Positions 10,316 to 18,891 of a stretch of DNA of 64,000 nucleotides are shown here, one piece after another. Position 1 is the first letter of the stretch. Each line of letters begins with the position of its first letter. The DNA is taken from the IMG/VR virus record IMGVR_UViG_3300023223_000669, positions 96,001-160,000 of that record; one strand, given 5' to 3'. The notes under the pieces are model-generated. The model made no database searches, was not told where the DNA came from, and saw only the letters and a list, made by a program, of their open reading frames with translations. The position numbers and the translations under genes are program-made. Origin of the DNA: a virus.

Positions 10316-12424
10316 ATGGTTTTTGAATCTGGCGATCCTCCGTATGATTATGATGGTCCTCGGGGACCATTGCGGGGTAATGCACGTCCATCTTTGGAGC
10401 GGGGTTTACAGGGTCCTAGCGGCATTAATTTGGAACAAGGTCAATTCGTTATTACGGCAGAAAGACGTAAGTTCAATGTAAACGCCGTTGGTGGATCCCA
10501 TATTTTGCCAACGTTCATGGTATATGTACATGAAGATATCCCTCCAACAACTCAGTACGAACCCAAAGGAGATGGCTCTACTTTAGCTAATATTGCTAGT
10601 GTGTGGATCATCAATCATATTCTTGAAAGTCGTATAGCATTAGATGATTTATTTGATGACTACTCTCTCGATGGTGAGTTTTCAGCACTTGACATGAAAC
10701 GAGACTGGTTGCACCAACTTGATCCAATGGGGCCGCCGCCATCTGGTTATCGTAGACCTGATCCTAACCAGTTGGGTGTTGCTGATGGTTTGTTGGACAC
10801 CACGAACGTAAGTGTTTTGGGCGGTTCTGGTATCTTGTTTGGATTGGACTTTGGCGAAGTCATGTTCAATCCATATCCATATTTCTCTAACAACAATTTT
10901 GGTGATCTACATAATTTTGGTAATTTTAGGTCTGTACTATTATCTCCCGTTTGGCCAGCGTTCCAAAGAACAAACGGATCACTGATCACTTTGAATGGTC
11001 GTGAACCTGATGATCTGCTAAATGCTGATGAGTATGATGTTACGGAGATTGCTAATGGCAGGGTTCGTTTAGACGGTTATTGTTTTTTGTCACAATCACA
11101 ATATTTGATTGGCGAAGGCAATGGCTACGCTTTCAACGGTGAGGTAGGCTTCACTTTTGTTTCAGCCTCTACTCGGCCAACCATTTTCCCAGACGCATCG
11201 AATCTTGCAACGACGCGGGTGATTGTAGATCCAACACCGCAGCCATGCGGCATCTATAAAATTGTCGTACGTAATCTGTTAGGAGAAGACGCCGTTCCAC
11301 AGTCAACTATTCCATCTGGTCTTGTTAGTCAGTGGCCTGTATCGGGTCAAACACATCCAGAGAGAGATGGTCACATTTTTGATATCAATATTCCATATAA
11401 CCTTCATGGTAAATGGTATAACAACACTGAGTTTGAAATGGGATATCAAGTATATGATGATGCCATGTGGATTACTGATGTGGGCTCTGCTGGAGAGGAC
11501 CCATCTGGCCTAGTTGTTACATCTCCATTCACCGGTCATGCTCAATGGTTGCGTTATGCCGAGCAAACCCCCAGTACTGGCTCTGGAGCACTTGGAGGTT
11601 CTAGTATGAGTGCTGAACCATGGGGAGATCATGTTGGACTCGATAGAGTTGGTAGTATTATTCACCGTGTTCAAACAGCAGTAGCCAACGGTAGTACATC
11701 TGCTGCTGGTACATTACTCATTCAACAGTATAATGATGCTCTAGATTATTTGGGACAAATTGAAACGGATGAAAACCCAGGACAGGGTGCCAGTCCATTC
11801 GCTAGAGATTTGGCTTTTGTTCCAGCCTCTAGTTCAGAATGGTGGGCCGTTATCGGCACGACTCCAGGTAATTTCATTTGGCGTTTTGATGGAACATTTA
11901 CTTTTATTGCGGCTGCTGGTATTGTCAATATTGGTACGGGAGAGCTTGCCACCGGGGGTGCGTCACCGCGAGTTGCTGATTTGGGTGGTACTGTTAGATT
12001 TGGTAATGTTCATGTGAGTCCTGGAAATGCCACATTTTCTCATAGAGGTAGTGGTATTTGGGATGCCGACATCAGTAACCTGAGTACAAGTGGTGTTGTT
12101 ACTGAAAATTGTCGCTTAATTGATCTTGCCCCCGTCCTAGAAGACGGCGGCGACGAACAAGCTTTCTGTACCGTTTATGACATGCAAGACGTTAGCGGTT
12201 CCGCACATCTTATTGATGGATTCTACTTTTTGGCTTCTTGGCAAGAATCTACATCGCCGTTCCCGAATCGCCTGTTTTTGATTCGTGCGGTACCACGAGA
12301 TGATTCGAGTGCCCCAGCCTTTTGTGTTGGTTTCTGGGACATCTTAGGCATCTATGATTTAGGCACCATCCCAAGCTCGGCCACAAGGTTGGATTTTGCT
12401 ATGATACTGAAGAACATTGATTAG
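10316..12424 (+). CDS. putative virion structural protein
   Basis: 702-aa acidic, Gly/aromatic-rich ORF coupled to the upstream gene. Confidence 0.55.
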   Translation: MVFESGDPPYDYDGPRGPLRGNARPSLERGLQGPSGINLEQGQFVITAERRKFNVNAVGGSHILPTFMVYVHEDIPPTTQYEPKGDGSTLANIASVWIINHILESRIALDDLFDDYSLDGEFSALDMKRDWLHQLDPMGPPPSGYRRPDPNQLGVADGLLDTTNVSVLGGSGILFGLDFGEVMFNPYPYFSNNNFGDLHNFGNFRSVLLSPVWPAFQRTNGSLITLNGREPDDLLNADEYDVTEIANGRVRLDGYCFLSQSQYLIGEGNGYAFNGEVGFTFVSASTRPTIFPDASNLATTRVIVDPTPQPCGIYKIVVRNLLGEDAVPQSTIPSGLVSQWPVSGQTHPERDGHIFDINIPYNLHGKWYNNTEFEMGYQVYDDAMWITDVGSAGEDPSGLVVTSPFTGHAQWLRYAEQTPSTGSGALGGSSMSAEPWGDHVGLDRVGSIIHRVQTAVANGSTSAAGTLLIQQYNDALDYLGQIETDENPGQGASPFARDLAFVPASSSEWWAVIGTTPGNFIWRFDGTFTFIAAAGIVNIGTGELATGGASPRVADLGGTVRFGNVHVSPGNATFSHRGSGIWDADISNLSTSGVVTENCRLIDLAPVLEDGGDEQAFCTVYDMQDVSGSAHLIDGFYFLASWQESTSPFPNRLFLIRAVPRDDSSAPAFCVGFWDILGIYDLGTIPSSATRLDFAMILKNID

Positions 12425-12430
12425 TGTATT
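12421..12430 (+). promoter_or_regulatory. candidate late-promoter motif TTAGTGTATT
   Basis: exact repeat of the motif, 88 nt upstream of ORF 12519. Confidence 0.5.
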
Positions 12431-12518
12431 TTCTAGATAGGCATTGGTGTGACCATAGCTAGTCTCGATGGTGGTGTTCCTGTAAAGGATAACAACCTTC
12501 TCGACCGAGGAAAGAACA

Positions 12519-13235
12519 ATGGTATCAGGTATTAGATTTTTTGCGTGCTCTGGAGCTATGGGCATGTTTGGGAACAAGGGCGAGAAGTCCATTGCCCAAG
12601 TTTACACCGAGACCGGCAGGGCCGATCCTCTGCTGGAGGTCTTTAATTTAGAGGCGGGAGCCGATGGTAGTCCCAACCGTATGGGCTTCTTCGGCCTATT
12701 GGGTGCTCCAAATAGTGCGGTTATTGTTGGTCAATATCCAGACACAACTTTCCGTACGGACGCCCTTGGTGCTCAGCTTGGCGAGATGATTAATGCGAAG
12801 TTCCTTGGAGCTTCTACTGTAGAGCTGTCTGGTACACTTGGTACTGGCCCCATGTTTGGTGCTTCTTTCGCCGTTGGTTCTGTTCCGAACCTATCAGGCA
12901 CGCTCCTGTGTCGTTTCACGGAACCTAATGGTACGAATGTTATTACTCAGCAGGCCACATTCCGTGCAGTAGACTTAACGGCTGCTTCTGGTCTACCTGA
13001 TATCAGTGACCTAGCAACGGGCATCACCGTGCAAGCGGCCCAGCTTCAAGATACTGCTGGCAATGCTGCTGATTCTTCATGGTCTGATGTTTCTGATAGT
13101 GGTGCTGCTTTAAGTTTGGCTGATCAATCAACCGAACAAGTCACCCATGACTTCCATCTACTTGTGAGTGGCTCGCCTGACGTGGCTGGTCGCAAGATAG
13201 ACTTTGGTTATTACATTCAGTTAGAGTTCCTGTAA
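12519..13235 (+). CDS. putative virion structural protein
   Basis: 238 aa, Ala/Gly/Ser/Thr-rich; GAGG upstream. Confidence 0.55.
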   Translation: MVSGIRFFACSGAMGMFGNKGEKSIAQVYTETGRADPLLEVFNLEAGADGSPNRMGFFGLLGAPNSAVIVGQYPDTTFRTDALGAQLGEMINAKFLGASTVELSGTLGTGPMFGASFAVGSVPNLSGTLLCRFTEPNGTNVITQQATFRAVDLTAASGLPDISDLATGITVQAAQLQDTAGNAADSSWSDVSDSGAALSLADQSTEQVTHDFHLLVSGSPDVAGRKIDFGYYIQLEFL

Positions 13236-13236
13236 G

Positions 13237-13587
13237 ATGGAACGTAAGTGCTATGCCTGTCAAGACAGAAAGCCGCTTGAGGCTTTCGAAAAAGACAGTG
13301 CCAAGAAAGACGGTAGACGCTATCTCTGTAAAGAGTGTGGGAAAATTCGTGCTAGAGAACGACATCTTCGTATAAGTTACAATCTCTCTGAAGAAGATGT
13401 GCAAGAAATAAAACACACTCAGGGCGGCCGTTGTAAATTATGTAATCGGAAACGGAAATTGTGCATCGATCACGACCATGAGTCTGGTCGGGTGCGTGGA
13501 CTTTTGTGTTATCGGTGTAATCGTTCTTTAGGATGTTTGGGGATACCGAAAAGAGCTACAGCGTGTAGTATTCTATTTACAAGGTAG
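13237..13587 (+). CDS. endonuclease VII-like (His-Me finger) homing nuclease, C-terminus apparently frameshifted
   Basis: GRCKLC-x-LCIDHDHESGRVRGLLCYRCNRSLG motif; the expected GD...LxRxxxYL tail lies in shifted frames. Confidence 0.8.
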   Translation: MERKCYACQDRKPLEAFEKDSAKKDGRRYLCKECGKIRARERHLRISYNLSEEDVQEIKHTQGGRCKLCNRKRKLCIDHDHESGRVRGLLCYRCNRSLGCLGIPKRATACSILFTR

Positions 13588-13613
13588 CCTTTAGATTAAA
13601 CTTGTCCATATTG

Positions 13614-13648
13614 GGGCGGGAAGTTGAATTTAACTTCCCGCCCTTTTT
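13614..13648 (+). terminator. intrinsic terminator ending the structural block
   Basis: GGGCGGGAAGTT-gaattt-AACTTCCCGCCC-TTTTT: perfect 12-bp stem. Confidence 0.85.
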
Positions 13649-13650
13649 CG

Positions 13651-13679
13651 TAGACACTTATCTCTTCCTCTGTCATAAT
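13651..13679 (+). promoter_or_regulatory. sigma70-type promoter heading the replication module
   Basis: TAGACA-N17-CATAAT with extended -10 TG. Confidence 0.65.
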
Positions 13680-13730
13680 GACAGTACCATCCGTCGTGTT
13701 GATCATCATGCGAGGTTTTGGAAGAGACAC

Positions 13731-14189
13731 ATGAATCTAGCTTTTAGTTCGAAACACCCCTTCGTCCCAAATCCCAAGAAAGACCAGCAGGCTAGTCGCT
13801 GGATTGCTTCTCTTTCTGATGGCACGACCGTTTTTGAGGACGTGACGCCCGGGGAAAAATCTTCCTGGTCGCGTCTACACGATTACGTGGAGTTTCACAA
13901 GCTTACGATCACGAATCTACGCTTGGAGGCTTATGGTCGTACCATCCACCTTGTCCCGTATCGAGACGACGAGGGTAGGGCACAGCTTAATGGCTATTGG
14001 CACAGCAAGCAGATGAATGCCCTCCTCAGTAGTGCGGGGGTGTTGGAGGTTCAATGTCGAGGCATCGGCATTTTGAAGGCTAAACAGATTTGGATTACGT
14101 GGGTAGACCAACACGGTATTCTCCGCCAAGAGATTAGAGCGTACAAGCCCGGTGACAAGGCCGTCATCGTAAACGATCCACCGGCATGA
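13731..14189 (+). CDS. hypothetical protein
   Basis: the ORF-track start at 13602 runs through the terminator and promoter; ATG 13731 is more plausible. Confidence 0.6.
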   Translation: MNLAFSSKHPFVPNPKKDQQASRWIASLSDGTTVFEDVTPGEKSSWSRLHDYVEFHKLTITNLRLEAYGRTIHLVPYRDDEGRAQLNGYWHSKQMNALLSSAGVLEVQCRGIGILKAKQIWITWVDQHGILRQEIRAYKPGDKAVIVNDPPA

Positions 14190-14620
14190 AGCACCCTTCT
14201 ATCACAACGCCGGATATCGAGCACGATCCAGCCAACATGCTCGCGGAGTTCATGTGGCTAAATAAGGACATTCGCTCAGACAGTTACCCGTGGCGAGGTC
14301 ATAATGGTAAGGAGTGGGGCAAGTTGGTTGCCTCACTTAAGAAACTAATGGGCGACTCATATGGCCTATCACCAGGACAGCTTGCATTCTACATTTGGAA
14401 GTGCAAGCCCACATTCATTGATCCGAAACAATTCGCCACGATGGCGGTGGTTGCTCGGCGTCTCTTTGAGAACTATGATCTCGAACAGGTGTCACGTTTC
14501 TATGAACGCTGGCGACAGGAACTTGCATCGTCTGGATTGGAAAAGGCAAAGTATAAAACTGAGAAGCCGAAGACTCTTCTCACGTTCCTAAGGGAGTTGG
14601 AAAGTGGCAAAACGACGTAA
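14186..14620 (+). CDS. hypothetical protein
   Basis: 144 aa; ATGA overlap with the upstream gene. Confidence 0.65.
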   Translation: MKHPSITTPDIEHDPANMLAEFMWLNKDIRSDSYPWRGHNGKEWGKLVASLKKLMGDSYGLSPGQLAFYIWKCKPTFIDPKQFATMAVVARRLFENYDLEQVSRFYERWRQELASSGLEKAKYKTEKPKTLLTFLRELESGKTT

Positions 14621-15776
14621 AATAACCAGAGAGGAGTTTGTGGAGAAGGCAGCAGAGATTACCTTTGGTTTTTTCAAGCAAGAGGTAGAGCAAGAGGGCG
14701 TTCGTGCGATGACCGCCGAAGAGGTTGGTGATCCGGAGCCTAATCGTAGTGGATCTTACAATCTAGACTATGATCTAGCCGTCCCCTTCCCGGAGGGACG
14801 TATCATCGAAGTCTTTGGAGAAGAGGGTACCTGTAAGACGACGCTGACTCTTGAGGTTGCAGGCAGAGCTATCCAGGAGGGCAAGACTGTGTTATATGTC
14901 AACATGGAAAAGAACCTAAATCTCTCCCTGCTGAGAACAGTACGTACGCTGCGTCCTCACATCGATGCGGCGGTTGCTCAGATGAAGAGTGGTAAGAATA
15001 GCAATTGTCCGCTTTGGATTGTTAACGCATCGAATGGCGAACAAGCTATGGAGTCCATGCGTAAGTTTGCTTCGATGGTTCCTGGTGGTGTAGCCATTCT
15101 GGATTCTATTGATGCCGCACAACCCTCGGCTGTTTTGTCAGGTGAGATTGGTGAACTCAAGGTTGGTAACTTGGCGAAACTTATGTCTGATGCTATGCGT
15201 AAGCTTATCGGTGTCTCTGAGGAGAACAGGGTAGCATTGATTTTCGTGAATCAGATCAGGGATAAGATTACGCTGTATGGAGATCCTACTGCTACGCCGG
15301 GTGGCAGGGCTCTCAAGTTTTATGCATCGCAGCGTATTCGTTTGTTTAGACCACGCAAGATTGATTGGATTTTGGATGGTGATAAGGAACGTATTGGTAG
15401 CGTGATTCGCTATCAGGTAATCAAGAACAAGGTGGCTCCTGATGGAAACGAAGGGGCCTTTCCGATCCTTTTCAAGAACGGTATATTCCGTGAACAAGAA
15501 CTAATCACTCAATGTTGTAACTTTGGTATCCTACGCATGGGTGGCAAAGGCGGCAAGCAGGTATTCTTACCCAAGCTTGATCGCGACACTGGTGAGTTTG
15601 TCGAACAAGATGGAGAACGTGTGGAAAGCTGTATGAGTCAATTCAACGCTGCCCGGCGTCTCCTGATGGATAGTGCCCTCGTAGATAAGCTTGATACAGA
15701 AGTACAAGCAGTCTTTACGCCGGGCGGACATGATCCGATCGAAGACCTCGTAGATGAAATTCCGAACCCTGAGTAA
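14604..15776 (+). CDS. recA: RecA/UvsX-like recombinase
   Basis: GRIIEVFGEEGTCKTTL (Walker A variant), ILDSID (Walker B), IFVNQIRDKI, TPGGRALKFYASQRI, KNKVAP. Confidence 0.92.
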   Translation: MAKRRKITREEFVEKAAEITFGFFKQEVEQEGVRAMTAEEVGDPEPNRSGSYNLDYDLAVPFPEGRIIEVFGEEGTCKTTLTLEVAGRAIQEGKTVLYVNMEKNLNLSLLRTVRTLRPHIDAAVAQMKSGKNSNCPLWIVNASNGEQAMESMRKFASMVPGGVAILDSIDAAQPSAVLSGEIGELKVGNLAKLMSDAMRKLIGVSEENRVALIFVNQIRDKITLYGDPTATPGGRALKFYASQRIRLFRPRKIDWILDGDKERIGSVIRYQVIKNKVAPDGNEGAFPILFKNGIFREQELITQCCNFGILRMGGKGGKQVFLPKLDRDTGEFVEQDGERVESCMSQFNAARRLLMDSALVDKLDTEVQAVFTPGGHDPIEDLVDEIPNPE

Positions 15777-16170
15777 TCGCGAAGTGCGTATGGATATTCT
15801 ACCAGAACGATATCCTGTGCGGAGTCGCGAGCAATGCAAGTCGGCTGGGCAATACATGCTTGGCCGTTTATTGCGTCGTATTTATGGGTTTCATGCACTT
15901 CTCCTGGAGGAGTTTCGTCTACCTGATGAACGTTTATACTTAGATTTTTTTATGCCACATCACAAACTTGGGCTTGAATACCAAGGTAGGCAACATGACG
16001 AGTTTGTCAAGCTCTTTCATATTGACAAGAAAGGTTTTGAAAAATCCAAACGACGCGACGAACGTAAGCGTCTATGGTGCGAGATTAACGAACTAACATT
16101 GGTAGAGGTACGAGGTACTCCTACTGTCGAAGAACTACAACAACTGATCGCAGAAGCACGGGATGTATAA
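15754..16170 (+). CDS. Vsr/DUF559-like PD-(D/E)xK endonuclease
   Basis: LYLDFFMP-x-LGLEYQGRQH...RDERKRLWCE. Confidence 0.7.
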   Translation: MKFRTLSNREVRMDILPERYPVRSREQCKSAGQYMLGRLLRRIYGFHALLLEEFRLPDERLYLDFFMPHHKLGLEYQGRQHDEFVKLFHIDKKGFEKSKRRDERKRLWCEINELTLVEVRGTPTVEELQQLIAEARDV

Positions 16171-16384
16171 TAGACATTTACCATTGTCCTATCGCGATCG
16201 TTATGGCGAAAGTTTTAAATATAATCAAGGTAATTATGCCCCTACCGCTCGACAGTTTTCTGTTGGTTTTGTTTGTCCTGTATGTAATGTTGATCGTGGC
16301 ATGATATGTACGGGCGTGAAATATCCTCATTCAGCACGCGTTAAGTTAGCTCGTGCTAAAATGACGGGAAATTTCAATGGCTAA
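16163..16384 (+). CDS. small phage zinc-finger protein
   Basis: CPVC-x4-G-x2-C-x6-HSAR. Confidence 0.55.
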   Translation: MYNRHLPLSYRDRYGESFKYNQGNYAPTARQFSVGFVCPVCNVDRGMICTGVKYPHSARVKLARAKMTGNFNG

Positions 16385-17834
16385 TATTGCCGCTGAAAAA
16401 GTGTTCTTGGCTGGGGTGGTTAAGTATCCGAGCAAACTATTTGAGTTTGTCGAATATCTTGATGCAGATGACTTTCAGCATGCAGTCACACGGATGACAT
16501 TTGAAGCGGCTCGTTCTTTGGTTGTAGATAAGGAAACAGAGAAGCTTACGAAAGCCAAACTGGTTGCTGAGGCAAAGGCTCTTGGGCATCACAATTATCT
16601 ATCTGCTACACGAAATGGGCAATGGATAGATGAGCTATTTGCCGAGGAAATGGCCGAACATGAGTTAGACGCACATTTCATGGAGGTCAAACGGCAATCA
16701 CTCAAAGATCACTATACCGAATCCTTTATCGAGCTTCGTAACTATTTGTCGTCTACTAGTGATCCTCTCTCTGTACTCATTAGTAAGGTTGAGAATGCGA
16801 TCATTAGTAAGGTTAATATGATCGACAAGGGGGAGCACGCTATCGTTGATATGCGTGATGGCTTCTGGGAGTTTATTGATAGTGTCGCTGACGATCCAGG
16901 TCACATGGGTCTCGATCTTGGATATCCTCTGTGGCAAGAGAGAATCGGTCAGGTTCGCAATGGAGCGATTACCTTTTTGGTGGCAACCACCAAGGCGGGC
17001 AAAAGTCAATTCGGCTACCGTGCAGCTATCACGGCTGCTCGCAAGGGGCTACCCGTGCTGTATCTGGATAGTGAACTTAAAAAGCATGACCAATGGATTA
17101 GACAGGCGGCAATGTTGACCAAAGTGCCGACTCAGTATATTGAGACTGGTTTCTGGGATATGTCTGACAGCGAGCTAATTGATCAAGGTGTTACTGATCC
17201 CGAACAACGAGCAGAGATCATGATGTACGGTAAACGTCTTCGTGATCCACGCGTGCGTGCAGTAGTACAACACATGCCAATTTCCTATCAGAATATCAGT
17301 GGTCTTAGTGTTTCAGATGTGATTCCTCATATGCGTAGGTGGTTACTCACACACGTCAAGCCTGATCGTGAGACCCGTACGCCTCAGTGTTTGATTATCT
17401 ACGACTACATTAAACTGACCATGACAGACGAAGTGAGACGTGGCGTCTTGCAGGAGTATCAGCAGCACGGGCTCCATGTGGCTCAGTTACATGATTTCGC
17501 CAACAAGTATAATGTGCCGATGATGGCATTTGGCCAAACCAATAACGAGATCGATGACAACCTCCGATGCGTAGCGGGAGCGAAACGCATCAGTGAGAAC
17601 GTTGATTCTATTAGTTTGATGAAACGCAAAGGAGATAGAGATTTAGCGAGTGATGGCATTGGCACGCACATGATGCGTATTTTTGCTTCACGATATGGTA
17701 AATCATTGCACGGTGGTTACATTAATTTTGATGTTGACCTTAGCTGTGGTAATTTCCAGGAGCTAGACATTGGTAACGTGAGACCGCCGCAGGAAGACAA
17801 TAATGACGACGACGATGACCAGATTGACGACTGA
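16377..17834 (+). CDS. dnaB: DnaB-like replicative helicase
   Basis: VATTKAGKSQF Walker A, VLYLDSEL, LIIYDYIKL, FGQTN, ASRYG; N-terminal AEKVFLAG. Confidence 0.85.
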   Translation: MANIAAEKVFLAGVVKYPSKLFEFVEYLDADDFQHAVTRMTFEAARSLVVDKETEKLTKAKLVAEAKALGHHNYLSATRNGQWIDELFAEEMAEHELDAHFMEVKRQSLKDHYTESFIELRNYLSSTSDPLSVLISKVENAIISKVNMIDKGEHAIVDMRDGFWEFIDSVADDPGHMGLDLGYPLWQERIGQVRNGAITFLVATTKAGKSQFGYRAAITAARKGLPVLYLDSELKKHDQWIRQAAMLTKVPTQYIETGFWDMSDSELIDQGVTDPEQRAEIMMYGKRLRDPRVRAVVQHMPISYQNISGLSVSDVIPHMRRWLLTHVKPDRETRTPQCLIIYDYIKLTMTDEVRRGVLQEYQQHGLHVAQLHDFANKYNVPMMAFGQTNNEIDDNLRCVAGAKRISENVDSISLMKRKGDRDLASDGIGTHMMRIFASRYGKSLHGGYINFDVDLSCGNFQELDIGNVRPPQEDNNDDDDDQIDD

Positions 17835-18891
17835 TAAGAAACGCATGCTTCGCAATCATGCGAACCGCAACATCGCTTATCTTCTAGACAAGCTAGAGGT
17901 AGAGTTTGATGATCGTGGTGATGGTCTCATTCAAGCCGTGTGTCCATGTAAACAACATGGAGGAGACCGTAGTAACCACACGGCCTGGAGTTGGCGTGTT
18001 GATTTGGGTAAGTGGGTTTGTTGGTCTCACCATTGCGAGGAAACACGCGGCAATGATATCTTTGGTATCGTGAGTAGCGTTCGTGGCATCAACTTTATTG
18101 AGACGGTCAAATGGATTACCGCCACGTTAGAGGCTCGCGACATCAACCTAGAAGACGAGGTTGCTGATCCCGAGAACCTGTATCGTGGTACTAAGTTACA
18201 TCTTCATGAACCACTAGCAGAAGACAACCTCAAATTCTTGGTGCCTGATCCTCAATATCTTTTGAATAGGGAGTTTGATCTTGATACCCTGAGGGACTAT
18301 GAGGTTGGCCTGTGGCAGCGAGTGGGTACATTTATGCATGATCGCGTCGTGTTCCCCGTCCGCGATCATGATGGCCATTTGGTTGGGTACACTGGTCGCA
18401 CGGTCCATCCGGAATCCCATTTCGAAGCTCGTAATCTCAAGTATATGAAATGGGTACACGGTCGTCACTTTATCAGATGGACGAAGCGTGGTGATTTTTT
18501 TACTAGCTCTATCCTCTTCAATCTGAATAGAGCCAAGCGTTACTTGGAACTTAACAGACGTTTGATCCTAGTTGAAGGACCGCTCGATGGCATGAAGCTG
18601 GCGGAAGCTGGTATTCATAATTGGATTGCTACATTGGGCACGAACTTTTGTCATGCCCACCGCACATTACTAGTACAACATGGCGTTGCAGACCTATATG
18701 TCGCTTACGACGCAGACGATCCGTCTCAGTATAAAGACGATAAGTCGCCGGGCGAGAAAGGCTGGGAGAGAATGCAACGCATTGTCGGTGACCTCTTGAG
18801 GCTACACCGCGTAGAGCTGCCGCTTGGGAAAGATTGCGGCGATCTACAAATAGAACAACTACAAAAAATCTTTAAGGCAATTAGATGCTAA
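17803..18891 (+). CDS. dnaG: DnaG-type primase (CHC2-like zinc finger + TOPRIM)
   Basis: CPCKQH...WVCWSHHC; RVVFPVRD; ILVEGPLD; VAYDAD; KDCGD. Confidence 0.88.
   Translation: MTTTMTRLTTDKKRMLRNHANRNIAYLLDKLEVEFDDRGDGLIQAVCPCKQHGGDRSNHTAWSWRVDLGKWVCWSHHCEETRGNDIFGIVSSVRGINFIETVKWITATLEARDINLEDEVADPENLYRGTKLHLHEPLAEDNLKFLVPDPQYLLNREFDLDTLRDYEVGLWQRVGTFMHDRVVFPVRDHDGHLVGYTGRTVHPESHFEARNLKYMKWVHGRHFIRWTKRGDFFTSSILFNLNRAKRYLELNRRLILVEGPLDGMKLAEAGIHNWIATLGTNFCHAHRTLLVQHGVADLYVAYDADDPSQYKDDKSPGEKGWERMQRIVGDLLRLHRVELPLGKDCGDLQIEQLQKIFKAIRC

Noticed and set aside
13602-13730. ORF-track start at 13602
   Set aside because: Translates through a terminator and a sigma70 promoter; the start is more likely 13731
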